In this document: piece after piece, positions 18,682-29,073 of the stretch
Position numbering within the stretch: the stretch's first letter is position 1
How the letters are laid out: each line of letters opens with the position of its first letter
From: an uncultured virus (IMG/VR IMGVR_UViG_3300030508_000023)
Lineage: Duplodnaviria > Heunggongvirae > Uroviricota > Caudoviricetes
Length of the DNA stretch: 64,000 bases
Virus record (IMG/VR): IMGVR_UViG_3300030508_000023
Direction: 5' to 3' (one strand)
Position numbers and translations under genes: made by a program
Notes under the pieces: model-generated
Databases searched by the model: none
Seen by the model: only the letters and a program-made list of their open reading frames with translations
What the model was told of the DNA's origin: nothing

Positions 18682-19358
18682 TATGCGTTAGCAATAGCTG
18701 CTGAGTTTTGACCGCGAAGCTTTTCTTGAACAGCCTGCCATGCGCTACCTAGGTCTTTTCCACCATTCATTGTGTACATACCAAGGAGTCCACCAGCACC
18801 AGCTCCAACAACTGACTGACCAGTCCCACCACCCCATAGTTTAGGAATGAGACTTCCGGCAACACTACCAGCCACAAGTCCAGCAATTGGCTTGTAGTGC
18901 TCTGGCTGCTTGAGCCAATCCCAAGCCTTTTCAGCCTGATTGGCAACACCACTGGACTGAAGCCACTTTCCAACTCCAGTATTGTTCATAAAATTCTGTC
19001 CCTCTCCAGATGCAAACCCCTGAGCTGCACCCTGTTGCATAGAAGTAGGTCCTTTGCTTGCCAACCAACCCATCCCCTTGCCAATGCCACCCACTATATT
19101 GTTGTACCAATCAGCGATCTTATCCATGTCCTCTGATGCGCTCTTTGTGAGTCCTTCGCGCTCCTGCCAATTGGCCCCCTCTTCAGCCAGGTAGCGGATA
19201 AACCCGACAGCCATGAAGGGATCCATGTTTGCTTCTTTGTGTAGATAATCAATAAATCCAATACAGAAGTCTGATTGCTGCTGGGGAGTTGAAAGATCAA
19301 AGTCTGTCTTGGAGAGTGCTCCAACCTTTTCAAAGACCTTAGCAGAAAATTCGGGAGT
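18681..19358 (-). CDS. putative virion protein with glycine zipper
   Basis: Track ORF 18681..19397; the exact start is uncertain (probably an internal Met); KEA, KSAS and KIA motifs. Confidence 0.5.
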   Translation of the reverse strand, partial: TPEFSAKVFEKVGALSKTDFDLSTPQQQSDFCIGFIDYLHKEANMDPFMAVGFIRYLAEEGANWQEREGLTKSASEDMDKIADWYNNIVGGIGKGMGWLASKGPTSMQQGAAQGFASGEGQNFMNNTGVGKWLQSSGVANQAEKAWDWLKQPEHYKPIAGLVAGSVAGSLIPKLWGGGTGQSVVGAGAGGLLGMYTMNGGKDLGSAWQAVQEKLRGQNSAAIANA

Positions 19359-19415
19359 GAGTTCGAGTCGCATATACCTTATATGATAAACCGACACAGA
19401 GTAAATTCAACAAAA

Positions 19416-19661
19416 TTAAAATATTTCCTCATCTGGGACTTCAATAACCCTTGGAGGATTTAACTCCTTTAGTTTAAATGGATAGAATGCAAGATCTGGA
19501 TCAACCATGGACAAGCAGTAGTTCCTGAACTCCTGGAGTAGCATGGCTACCTCCAGGACAAAGTGCAGCTTGTGCTTAGGATATACAAAGTTGTCCTGCA
19601 TACGAAAGTACACAGGACAGAACAAGAACCACCCTTCGTGATCAAACTCTACCTTCATCAT
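19416..19661 (-). CDS. small hypothetical protein
   Basis: 81-aa ORF overlapping the stop of the portal gene. Confidence 0.6.
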   Translation of the reverse strand: MMKVEFDHEGWFLFCPVYFRMQDNFVYPKHKLHFVLEVAMLLQEFRNYCLSMVDPDLAFYPFKLKELNPPRVIEVPDEEIF

Positions 19662-21481
19662 TGTGGTGGTGGAGCAGGAGTCCCCTGTTGAGGAGTTGCT
19701 CCATCTGTCTCTGGTTGTACAGATGGGTCTCCTCCACCAGCTGGGATTGCACCATTCTGTACAATACTAGGAAGAGCTTGCTCTCCACCAACCGAGCGAG
19801 CTTGATTGCGAAGCTGCTCCATCTTCTTAAGGACGAGAGCATGCAGCGTATCGTTGCTGCTTCGGATAGATGTGAGTTGGCGGCGACGTTCTGAGTCAGG
19901 CATCTGGAGAAGCTTGCGAGCCATGTCATCGGCCTCTTGATTGACGTTCTCTGGAGTAGCTCCACCACCTTGCTGATCCTGACCATTTGGGTCTTGAGGA
20001 TTGATAAGCCCCATCTGAGACATCTGGGCCTCTTCTTGAGTCTCTTTGGAAAGTTCCTGCTCTTTGCTTTGCTCCTCGAGGATTTTCTTGTACTCCTCTT
20101 CTGGATCGGAAATGCCCATCGGGCCCATAGCAGTTGCCTTGCTGATTAGGTTGGCCTGCATGGCCTGGAGTCTCCAAGCCTTGTTTTCCAGATCGTCGAT
20201 GATCTTGACACTTTCGAGCTCGCACTCGTAGTCGCCACTACCCATATAAGAGGAAATCTTGGATACCGACTCTTGAGCAAGTAGATTGAGCCCACGCACT
20301 AGATGCGACCATCCACGCTCAAATACACGCAAGCTAACTGGAGCAGCTTGTAGTGTCATAGATGAGCGATACAACTCTGGAGGTATACCGCGCCCATTGA
20401 GCATTCGGTCCTCTTCATCCTTGATCATCTCAGTAGGAGCTAGCTGAGTCCCTTCTCCACCGATTGGCTGGTATTCCACAGGGAATGGGAAGAAGTTCCA
20501 ATCAGTTCCATCAGATCGGTGTCTAACCACTGCATTCTGCATCTCATTAGTCCAGGTACGCATCATATTGTTATAGATGCTATTCCCGTCCTGATATGAC
20601 CCCTGCTTGGGAGAGATGATACGAATGGGAACAATGTAATCCATCATCAGTACCTCGTTGTAGCGACGAAGAACCTGAAGCCTAAAGAAGTTCTTAAAGG
20701 AAGATAGAATAGATGGGAGACCCCAACCACCAAGCCAAAGACCAGCAAGGTGGGGCTCTTTCATGTGAAATAGATGCCCTTCTTTGAACTTAAACTGGGT
20801 GTCCTTCTTGATGGCCTGAAGGAATGGAAGAGGGGTTGTCCTTACGTAGAATGGATCACCAGTGGTAATTCCAGACTTGATCTCATGAGGAATGTCAGTC
20901 CAATACTCAGTATTGTGGGTCAGGCGATTGGCCTTGATTGTAATAAACTTTGGATTCCATCGTACCAACTCAATTCCCTTTGAATCCTTCTTCTTATAGT
21001 CTTTTACAAAGTGTCGCTTATCCACCTTGCACTTGGGGCAATAGGTGGAAAACGTAGCCTCACTTGAATTATACTTAAATGGGATGTGCTCGATATTCGT
21101 CTCTCTTTTGCACTCACCACATATCAGCACACGAGTAAATGGCATGGAGATAGTTGTAAAACTATTCCCGTATGTCATTAGATCATTGCCAGCAGCCTGC
21201 ATATTACCAATTAGATCAACATCGTTCTTGATAAGGTCCTCAAACTTTTTACGCTCTTCGTCAGCCTGACCCATGAACTTCAGTTCGGACAGGAAATAAC
21301 TCACAATGCGCTCAGAGGCCATTTTGTATGTAGAGTCGTTGACATACAGAAATTCACTTAGCTCAAGGGCGCTAACTATAGTCCTAGGGGCATAGGTAGA
21401 TGCAAGGTCAATCCATGGGTTCATGAATCCAGACGGATCTGAAGACCCCCCGGACAGGGATGAAATAATATCTAAATTCAT
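19658..21481 (-). CDS. probable portal protein with an inserted zinc ribbon
   Basis: 607 aa; DLMTYGNSF, FHMKE...GWGLPSI, P(V/I)EYQPIGGEG and a Q-rich tail resemble portal proteins; CGEC...CPKC insertion. Confidence 0.6.
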   Translation of the reverse strand: MNLDIISSLSGGSSDPSGFMNPWIDLASTYAPRTIVSALELSEFLYVNDSTYKMASERIVSYFLSELKFMGQADEERKKFEDLIKNDVDLIGNMQAAGNDLMTYGNSFTTISMPFTRVLICGECKRETNIEHIPFKYNSSEATFSTYCPKCKVDKRHFVKDYKKKDSKGIELVRWNPKFITIKANRLTHNTEYWTDIPHEIKSGITTGDPFYVRTTPLPFLQAIKKDTQFKFKEGHLFHMKEPHLAGLWLGGWGLPSILSSFKNFFRLQVLRRYNEVLMMDYIVPIRIISPKQGSYQDGNSIYNNMMRTWTNEMQNAVVRHRSDGTDWNFFPFPVEYQPIGGEGTQLAPTEMIKDEEDRMLNGRGIPPELYRSSMTLQAAPVSLRVFERGWSHLVRGLNLLAQESVSKISSYMGSGDYECELESVKIIDDLENKAWRLQAMQANLISKATAMGPMGISDPEEEYKKILEEQSKEQELSKETQEEAQMSQMGLINPQDPNGQDQQGGGATPENVNQEADDMARKLLQMPDSERRRQLTSIRSSNDTLHALVLKKMEQLRNQARSVGGEQALPSIVQNGAIPAGGGDPSVQPETDGATPQQGTPAPPPQ

Positions 21482-21499
21482 GGTGTGTTAAGTTCTAGA

Positions 21500-21992
21500 T
21501 TATTCGGACGCCTTGCCGTCGACGCCATCTACCTCTAAAAGTCTGATAAAAATCTTTTCTGTACCGCGATTAACTGTACCAGCCTGACTGATCTTGAAGG
21601 ATGGAGAGTCAGAAGCGGTTTTGTCATTTCCCTCAAATTCCTCTTCGGGGGTTAGGTCTTCTCTTATGATGGCAAGTTTGTCCATATTATTGTTTTGGTT
21701 GTTCTGGTTCTACCATTCCAAGTTGTTTAGCTTTCTCCTCTTTCTCCTCGTGCTTGCCATCTGGCTTTTTTTGCGTAAGGAAAGATTCCAGGTTTTGACT
21801 AAAGTCTCCACCACCCTCGTTTAAGTCTTGGAGCTCTAACTCAGGACCACCGTGGTTTTCCCCCTGATGTTCTTTATTAACGGTGTCTGGAGTGTTGGTA
21901 TCAGAAAGTACATCTGCTTCCTTTTGTGTAGGAAAAGCTAGTTTATCCAGTATTTCGACAGAAAACGGGAATTTTTGAAGTGTTTCGTTCAT
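21500..21992 (-). CDS. two small acidic proteins (21500..21685 and 21687..21992)
   Basis: Adjacent ORFs with DKLA, KTAS and KEA motifs. Confidence 0.55.
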
Positions 21993-22019
21993 TTTTTAAT
22001 GATAATTGGTATTTTCTAT

Positions 22020-22310
22020 TTAGTCCACTAATTCCTCATACGTCTCAAGAAAGATCTCATTCCTGATTGCATAGAACTCACCTTGGACACCTTTAATGAT
22101 CCAGTCGCCCTCAGTAGCAATGTGTGCAACCTTTAGGACTGCTCCATCTTCAAGAGTCTTGATCTGTGCCTCTCCCTTAGCAGTTGGATGTCTTGCCTTC
22201 ACGACATTGCCAAGAGCTTCTCCACAGAACTCCTTGAGCTCCTTTATTCCTTTGGGAGAGTATACAAATCTCACTGCTTCAATAATTACTGGTTTCTTTC
22301 TATATTTCAT
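22020..22310 (-). CDS. conserved phage protein (MKYRKKPV...GDWIIKG...GEFY family)
   Basis: Well-known small phage family motif. Confidence 0.85.
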   Translation of the reverse strand: MKYRKKPVIIEAVRFVYSPKGIKELKEFCGEALGNVVKARHPTAKGEAQIKTLEDGAVLKVAHIATEGDWIIKGVQGEFYAIRNEIFLETYEELVD

Positions 22311-23065
22311 TTCTTTCTTTTTGGTTTAAATGGTTTTGTTTTCCTGCCCCACCAGTTGTGCCCGAGGTTAGCAATCTCGCTAGACAAGTGGAATACTACG
22401 GCCTGGTCTAAAATCTGTCTCTGCTCCATGGGCCACAAAAGGGCAAATTCTACGTCACTCCACTCAGCACCAGTACGCAACTCTGGATATCTGATCTTTG
22501 ACTTAATCATGTAGTTGTAATGAAACAACTGCAAAAATCCTAGTGGTACATCTCCGTTTATCCCCCTAACCTGGAATCTAGGCATCACTGGATACGGGAG
22601 CTTAACAAAGTTCTGCCACTCCTGGATCTCATACCACCAATAGAGCCTATCCAGATCTCCAGACTCTAGCAGCTTTTCATACTGATCATATCCAGTAATG
22701 TCAAATCTATCGAATCCATATAGGGTGCTCGTGTCGCTCACTTTCTCAAACAGCTTAGATTTTAGTCCAGTCGGAAGAAGGATGTCTGCATCCAAGCACA
22801 TAATCCAATCATTGTACTTTATGTTCTGAATCCCAAGGTTTGTAGCAGCGCCCTTATTAAATACTGCACCATTTCTAGTGAATTTGTCTGTGACTAGAAA
22901 GTCTACCCCAAGATCCTGACACACCAGTTGGGTGGCTTTATCCCTAGGCGACGTTACAACAGTCACGTGATCAAGCTCCTTCTTGGCAACAGGTAGTGTT
23001 ACTTTAAGAAAGTCTGGATAATCGACACAAGTAATGATTGCGTCTATTTTGGGTTCGTACTTCAT
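22307..23065 (-). CDS. GT-A fold (family 2-like) glycosyltransferase
   Basis: AIITCVDY...FNKGAATNLG...WIMCLDADILLP with a DxD motif. Confidence 0.85.
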   Translation of the reverse strand: MKYEPKIDAIITCVDYPDFLKVTLPVAKKELDHVTVVTSPRDKATQLVCQDLGVDFLVTDKFTRNGAVFNKGAATNLGIQNIKYNDWIMCLDADILLPTGLKSKLFEKVSDTSTLYGFDRFDITGYDQYEKLLESGDLDRLYWWYEIQEWQNFVKLPYPVMPRFQVRGINGDVPLGFLQLFHYNYMIKSKIRYPELRTGAEWSDVEFALLWPMEQRQILDQAVVFHLSSEIANLGHNWWGRKTKPFKPKRKK

Positions 23066-24751
23066 GCTTGTTCAGGCGTAACAATAAAGAACACAGACAG
23101 AACAGCTCCCAGTTCAGACACTGGGATATAAATACCAGAGGCGTAGATATCAATCGTCTCCCCCCTATACTTTACCTCAAGTGTAGCTCCTCTTTTGGGT
23201 CGTACCTTAACCCTGTCCTCTTCTGGAGTGATAATAGAGAATACATTGGCGTCCCTATAGATCTCAAGAGTAGCTATAGACACTTCTGTCCATGGGGTGA
23301 CAAACACAACATCCTCCATAGGATTAAGTAGCCTTCTCTTTTTTTCAAATGTGACCTCGTCGCTTGTATCTAGAGATACATCCTCTGTATATTCTTCAGG
23401 AAGGGATGGAGAGATCACAGGTTGTGGTTTCCTCTTCCTTCTCGCCCTAGTAGTGGGCAGTAGTTCTGGTGGAGGAGTTGGAGCTTCAATAGTCTCTCTA
23501 GTCCCCTTAGTTACATCCCAAACCTCAAACTCACTAACCCCAGCGTTTTGCATTTCTGCAATCTGTTGGTTTGCCGGTTTGATTTGGGCATATCCCTCCA
23601 TTGGTGATTTTGATACTGAAGACATGTGTGTGTTGTGTTGTTACCATCCCCAGACCTGTACGCCAGTGGCGGAAGTATTGGGTCGGTTGTAATTCTGTGG
23701 ATTTTCTATCTGGTGACTTGTTATCACAATAGGTGTACTTTTGTAGTAGAACTTGATAGGAGAGTCAATCCCATTCTCACCCGTTGCGACTCTTCTTTGG
23801 TAATCAGGATCGTGGTCCCCCATCATTCCATACTGGAAGTTGACGTGGGACAAAATAGAAAATATCGCAAATAGGGTTTTAAAGATCAATGTGTCTAGGT
23901 TGTTCTTCTTCTAGGTCTTCAGAAGTCGGCATCTTAATACTAGATGCCATAGCAAAAGCAAATGGGATATCGTTCCTACCTAGTACCTCCAAGAGGGGCT
24001 TGGATGGGATAAAGAAGAACATTGTTTTGTCCCAGTCCATTGTGCCATTGCCACCCATCTCTCCAAGTGTAGTCCAGATGTCTAATCCAATTGGAACTAC
24101 CTCAAATATATTGTTCACATCCTTGGTGTCGATCTTGGATGTACCATCCACAGAGGAATTGACATAGACTATCCTGCTGAATCTAAACTTAGTAGGCTCG
24201 AACATCCTGGATGCCCAATACTTTACTCTCTTCTTAGAGTCCTGATGAGTTTGATGTACCTTGAATTCTCCAGTAGAGAGGAAGGACCTCACAAAGCCCT
24301 TTATGCCACTCATGAACGACTCAAAGGCATTACTCCTGTTCCGCACAACCATGCCTGGAGCTTCGATCTCAGTAGAGCCAGCATTGGCACTTTTCTTTAG
24401 CTCTTGGAACCAAGTACCAGAATGGGTTTGTTGTATTGGGACTTGTTGCATAGTAGGGTAGATCTCAGCATTTGACGCAGCGATCCTCCACAGCCCCGTA
24501 GTACTTCCTTGTTGCAAGGAAGCAAAGTCAAGTAGGCGCTGATAGTCAATAGGCTGAAATTGTGCATTATCTATCGCAAGGGAGAGTTGTGGTAATCTCA
24601 CGTCATCTTGTGAAAGAGCTGCCGATAGATTCCCCATACTATCTATGTACGTATTATTACCGGCAAATGAAGCCCATCCGTCTATGTCATATGGAGTATC
24701 AACTACAGATGCCCTCTGTACAGCATCCCTGATATCTTGCGCTAGTGACAT
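23062..24751 (-). CDS. three hypothetical genes (23062..23625, 23641..23889, 23879..24751)
   Basis: Contiguous minus-strand ORFs; no recognised domain. Confidence 0.6.
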
Positions 24752-25443
24752 TAGATTAGTTTTCTATCCTGCATCCTCTTGATGATGCAGGCAACTCCAA
24801 TCTGGTCAGACACAAGGGATGGGTCGAAGTGACCATCAGATCCGTACTTTCCAGCTTTGTAGTATTGAGTACCACACCAGAGATATGGAGAAAAAATAGA
24901 ATGATATAGTCTATATCCCCAGCCATTGTACGCCTCCATCTTGTAGAGTCCACCAGGGATAGACCAATCAGACCATGTGTCCCAATGATCCTCAATGAGT
25001 GCGCTCTTTGCACTAAATAGCCAGCTATACCCATTTGGTGTGTCAGGAGGAGCGATGGGTCGTCCAACTGGCTCGTCTACCGTGCGAGCGGTGAGTGGAT
25101 CCCCGTTGTACAGGTGAGCAGTAAAGTCCTGATCGCACTCCATGTGATGGAGACATCCAACAAAGTACCAAGGGGCAATACCTACCTCTTCGTAGATACT
25201 TTTATACTTTACGATTTTATCTACAACCACATCAGCTCCATCTGGGTCTGCAACAACAGCTGTGTTGAATAGGTTGATGTACTCAGTACTTGTCTGAGAA
25301 TAGATAATAGATCTGATTGGGATTTGAGCAGGCACTGTAGTAGGGACTTGAGGTGTAGGTTGAATTGTAGCCTGAGGTGTTGACTCAGTATTCTTACCAA
25401 AGATATTTAACCCAGCCAGTAAGTTTGTCCAGAAATTATTCAT
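24751..25443 (-). CDS. lysozyme-family muramidase (COG5526-like), candidate endolysin
   Basis: PWYFVGCLHHME...NGDPLTART...EAYNGWGY...SPYLW...Y..GKY..DG.FDP...QIG. Confidence 0.85.
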   Translation of the reverse strand: MNNFWTNLLAGLNIFGKNTESTPQATIQPTPQVPTTVPAQIPIRSIIYSQTSTEYINLFNTAVVADPDGADVVVDKIVKYKSIYEEVGIAPWYFVGCLHHMECDQDFTAHLYNGDPLTARTVDEPVGRPIAPPDTPNGYSWLFSAKSALIEDHWDTWSDWSIPGGLYKMEAYNGWGYRLYHSIFSPYLWCGTQYYKAGKYGSDGHFDPSLVSDQIGVACIIKRMQDRKLI

Positions 25444-25910
25444 ACGATTTTCCCCCACTTGTCAATTGGGCACTTTTCAGTAGCCATTTTTAGTTTTGCT
25501 TTAGTAGAGCATCCACACTTCTTGCAGCGTCCAGTTCCAGATAAAGCTTCAGCATCCCAGAACTCACACCCCTTGCAGATTTCCAGTCTAGCCTGGTACT
25601 CCTCAGGAGTAGTAAGCCTAAATCCAGAAGTTGCCCAATTAGCAACACTTGTTGCAGCACTCTTAGCTTGGGTAGTAATTGCTGGGTACTTTGGTGGTAT
25701 ATTTGACACCACAGGAGCGGCTTGAGTCGCACTCGCAATCTTTGGAGGTGGTACGGCACCAGAATTATATTTCTGGTACATTATGGCATAATTCTCTTCA
25801 GTTAGAATTACGTGATCACCATCTCTTGTTCCCAAGGACAGAATCTCCTCAAGATACCCAGGAGGCCTTGATTCGGCTTTTTTAACTAATGCTGCGTATG
25901 AAAATTTCAT
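25440..25910 (-). CDS. Cys-rich phage protein (RLEICKGC...CKKCGC...K...CP..KW family)
   Basis: Recognisable C-terminal Cys motif. Confidence 0.75.
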   Translation of the reverse strand: MKFSYAALVKKAESRPPGYLEEILSLGTRDGDHVILTEENYAIMYQKYNSGAVPPPKIASATQAAPVVSNIPPKYPAITTQAKSAATSVANWATSGFRLTTPEEYQARLEICKGCEFWDAEALSGTGRCKKCGCSTKAKLKMATEKCPIDKWGKIV

Positions 25911-25932
25911 ATATATCGTGGTTTAAATAAGA

Positions 25933-27369
25933 CTATGGAGGGCAGAATGCGTCTAAAGGAACACCATCAGGATATGGTGTCCACGTACCACCAACTGCCA
26001 TACAGCCAGCGAATGAATTATCGTCGCTCGTATCAGGGTCGTCCGTACAACACAATCCAATAACACAGTTATAAGTGTCGATCGGGCCAAATGCAGAAAC
26101 GTCTGGGGTATAAGAAATTCCTCCAGTCCCACTACACGGAGTAACCAGCAAGCTCATTATTTTCACCAGTTCGTTCCATTGGCAGGCACATATATCTGTA
26201 GAAGAGGATGGATGTCCTTCAGCACAAGTAGAACAAATCGAACCAGCCCCTGTCCCAGAACTCCACCTCTGTGCAAGATCTGATAACCCTATATAAGCCC
26301 CGTACAAAAAAAGATAACGGGGATCAAGGGCAATAACATCAGGGTCAGTATAATAGTCGTCTGAGTCAGATAAAAGATAGGACTCACCAACACACGTCAG
26401 TAGGGCTGGATTCCTTAGCTGACCACCAGCTCCAGATAGCCCATCCCAAATATCTCCAAGATGAGCGGCTTTTATTTCTTGGGTGACAACACCAACGAAT
26501 GCGGCATCAGCTCCGATGTTCACAAACTCAACCCACCTATAAACACTTCCTGTTGGACAAGTCGCTGGTGGAGTACCAGATATCGCTTCTGTTAATATCC
26601 CAGTGGCAGAAACTGAGCCACCACAACCAAATGGCTCTTCTGGTGTAAAACTGCTATCCCCTAAGGGATAGCACTTTGAATACTTTTGGGCTATAGCTAC
26701 AGCAGTCTTACTCATAGCATCTAGCTCATCTGGTGTTGCCCCCCAGTCAACATTCATATTACATATGCTACCGCTATTTGTAAGTGGTGGTGCGGGAACG
26801 GATGAAGAGGTGATGGGTTGAACTCTATATGTAGTAGGATCACTAATCTCCTCACCGTTGTACTGCACTGTTCTGGGGTATGTTGGCACCACTTGATTAA
26901 ATTTAAATCCAGTGCAACCAAAGCAAGGGTCATTTAGGTAGACGATCCAATCGCCAAAGATCCCACCAGACACGTAAGAATAATTAGTCCCAATTTCATC
27001 TATCCTGTCTAAAATAGTCCCACCAGTGATGATGAAGTATACCTCTTGCACTGTATGAGTGATGTCCAGTTTTACACTAAAGAAACCCTTTATGGTGGCA
27101 AGCTCTTCTATCTGCTCTTGATTGCCAGCAGATCCATACTTCACATGCGTTCCATTTCTTCCAGCTCCGGTCTCGTTATTTAGTAGATCCCAAACCTCAT
27201 TATACATCACTCTAAGCAACATCAGTCCGGTTCCACCCCCTGTATCATATATAAAATGACCTGATCCGGGGATACCCCATTTTACACAATCTCCAACGTT
27301 TGCCTCGTAGAACGAAGATGAACTAAATAAAGTTCGCCAGGGCCAAAGCTGATCATTTGTGCAGCTCAT
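25933..27369 (-). CDS. Cys/Gly/Thr-rich protein, probably a virion appendage
   Basis: 478 aa with many Cys and few Lys, located in the late block. Confidence 0.55.
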   Translation of the reverse strand: MSCTNDQLWPWRTLFSSSSFYEANVGDCVKWGIPGSGHFIYDTGGGTGLMLLRVMYNEVWDLLNNETGAGRNGTHVKYGSAGNQEQIEELATIKGFFSVKLDITHTVQEVYFIITGGTILDRIDEIGTNYSYVSGGIFGDWIVYLNDPCFGCTGFKFNQVVPTYPRTVQYNGEEISDPTTYRVQPITSSSVPAPPLTNSGSICNMNVDWGATPDELDAMSKTAVAIAQKYSKCYPLGDSSFTPEEPFGCGGSVSATGILTEAISGTPPATCPTGSVYRWVEFVNIGADAAFVGVVTQEIKAAHLGDIWDGLSGAGGQLRNPALLTCVGESYLLSDSDDYYTDPDVIALDPRYLFLYGAYIGLSDLAQRWSSGTGAGSICSTCAEGHPSSSTDICACQWNELVKIMSLLVTPCSGTGGISYTPDVSAFGPIDTYNCVIGLCCTDDPDTSDDNSFAGCMAVGGTWTPYPDGVPLDAFCPP

Positions 27370-27370
27370 C

Positions 27371-27622
27371 TTACTTCTTGATTATACGATAACTCCGCTC
27401 AATGTAGATAGTACCACCACTAATAGAGTCTTTGAACTCTACCTCCCCAATGGAGTCGTCGTAGGTGATAGACCCAGTTACTGGATGCCACACCCTAAGT
27501 ACATTGCCGTGATTGTCCATCTCCTGGATGTCTGCATTGTACTTTACCCTCTCTACATCTGACGCACATGCTCCTAGGGCTAGTAGTGAAATTAGTGCTA
27601 TTGTGATTTTGATGCCGCGCAT
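27371..27622 (-). CDS. small lipoprotein
   Basis: Signal peptide with LGAC lipobox. Confidence 0.7.
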   Translation of the reverse strand: MRGIKITIALISLLALGACASDVERVKYNADIQEMDNHGNVLRVWHPVTGSITYDDSIGEVEFKDSISGGTIYIERSYRIIKK

Positions 27623-28275
27623 ACCTGTGCTCCCTGTTGTAGCAACTTGTCGAAGTCGCTGAATTTAACGAAAAATCTCCCATTCTTCCCATAGGTAGTC
27701 CCCCAGCTGTTCACAGCAAAGAATGTCTCCCACTGTACATCTACACCATAGATAAGCCAAGCATGTCCACCCTCAAACGTAGATGTAGGTCTAGCAAATC
27801 CATCAGATCCTGGAGAGGACATTCCTGTGTACCAGTTGGTGCCTGCAACAACTGGCCCATTCTCAAAGATATACTTGGCTACGTCCTCTACGGTTGTTCC
27901 CCACACATATGTTGGGATAAATCCCTTTTTTAGCAGAATATCTGCAGCTGCCTTTACTGTAGTACCGTAGTGGGTTGGTTCAGCCCCTTCCATGCCGTCA
28001 GTTGCCTGAGCATCTGCATATAGATCAGCTGGAGTCAGTAGGTTAGACTCAGCCCAGGGAGAGGTCTGTAGGGCTTGAGTCCATGCATAGGCTACACACT
28101 GGCTGCTCTGACCTTGATTGAGTACTGGACCAATTGCCCAGGATTGTCTCATGTCGTCGCTGAGCTTGGGTTGCATAGCGTACATAGGAAACGCATTGTT
28201 TCTGATGTCGCTCTTAAAGATCAGCCCTTTTCCCACTAATGGGTGTTCGGATTTGCCAGTATTGTCTTGTGCCAT
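27598..28275 (-). CDS. papain-family (C1) cysteine peptidase
   Basis: NQGQSSQCVAYA (oxyanion Q and catalytic C), GGHAW (H), NSWG (N). Confidence 0.92.
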   Translation of the reverse strand: MAQDNTGKSEHPLVGKGLIFKSDIRNNAFPMYAMQPKLSDDMRQSWAIGPVLNQGQSSQCVAYAWTQALQTSPWAESNLLTPADLYADAQATDGMEGAEPTHYGTTVKAAADILLKKGFIPTYVWGTTVEDVAKYIFENGPVVAGTNWYTGMSSPGSDGFARPTSTFEGGHAWLIYGVDVQWETFFAVNSWGTTYGKNGRFFVKFSDFDKLLQQGAQVCAASKSQ

Positions 28276-28348
28276 GGTATGTATATTAAAACTACTTCAA
28301 CAATTTATAGTTGACCCAGAGCAAAGGTCAAGACATGATTTAATCCTT

Positions 28349-28819
28349 ATGAAGAAACAACTCATCATCACATTACTAATGGTTACTGCACTTATCTCCT
28401 TCACCGGATGCGCAGAACTCCAGAAACTCAATACCACAGAAGGATCGGTTGGTCAGACTGTTCAGGCTAGTCTCCCGTACATCTCTACTGCCACCTATGT
28501 TGCAGTTGATGTTGTACTAAACGAAGCAACAAGCCCTGCAGACAAGATTCAGAAAGCTAAGATCATCAGTGGCGTTGGAGCAGCCCTCTACAAACTATCC
28601 ACCGGTACAGCGCCTACAGTAGCAGATGTAAATACTGCCCTGAATAACGCAGTCCCAGCTGGAGTATCACATTGGAGTTTTTTGATCGACAGCATCACTT
28701 CACTGTACAGTGGCTATTTCGCCCAGGCTGGTGGAGACACAAAAGTGCTTATCCAAGTCGTGAATACTATTGCTGAGTCCCTGCAGTCTTCTACTGCATC
28801 GACAATCGCTGGTAACTAA
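28349..28819 (+). CDS. lipoprotein (one of only two convincing plus-strand genes)
   Basis: MKKQLIITLLMVTALISFTGC lipobox; followed by a terminator. Confidence 0.8.
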   Translation: MKKQLIITLLMVTALISFTGCAELQKLNTTEGSVGQTVQASLPYISTATYVAVDVVLNEATSPADKIQKAKIISGVGAALYKLSTGTAPTVADVNTALNNAVPAGVSHWSFLIDSITSLYSGYFAQAGGDTKVLIQVVNTIAESLQSSTASTIAGN

Positions 28820-28838
28820 TCTAAAAGTAAAAACAAAT

Positions 28839-28869
28839 GGCCCAGGTAGAAATACCTGGGCCTTTTTTG
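28839..28869 (+). terminator. intrinsic terminator
   Basis: GGCCCAGGTA-GAAA-TACCTGGGCC followed by TTTTTT. Confidence 0.85.
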
Positions 28870-28870
28870 T

Positions 28871-28946
28871 TGGAGCGCCGTGTAGGAATCGAACCTACAA
28901 AATCCTGTTTTGCAAACAAGTTCCTTTACCACTCGGACAACGAAGC
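28871..28946 (-). tRNA. tRNA-Cys(GCA)
   Basis: CTTGT-TTGCAAA-ACAGG anticodon arm, GTAGG-TTCGATT-CCTAC T-arm, U73 discriminator and CCA; one acceptor-stem mismatch. Confidence 0.85.
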
Positions 28947-29073
28947 TAAATAGAAAGCTGCTCCCCAATCTCTCAGGGAGCAGCCCACACACACGAACAC
29001 TACACCAACAAACAACACAACCGAAAACTGAAGGAGAGATTGTGTCCGCACTCTCCAATGTAAATTTATTATT

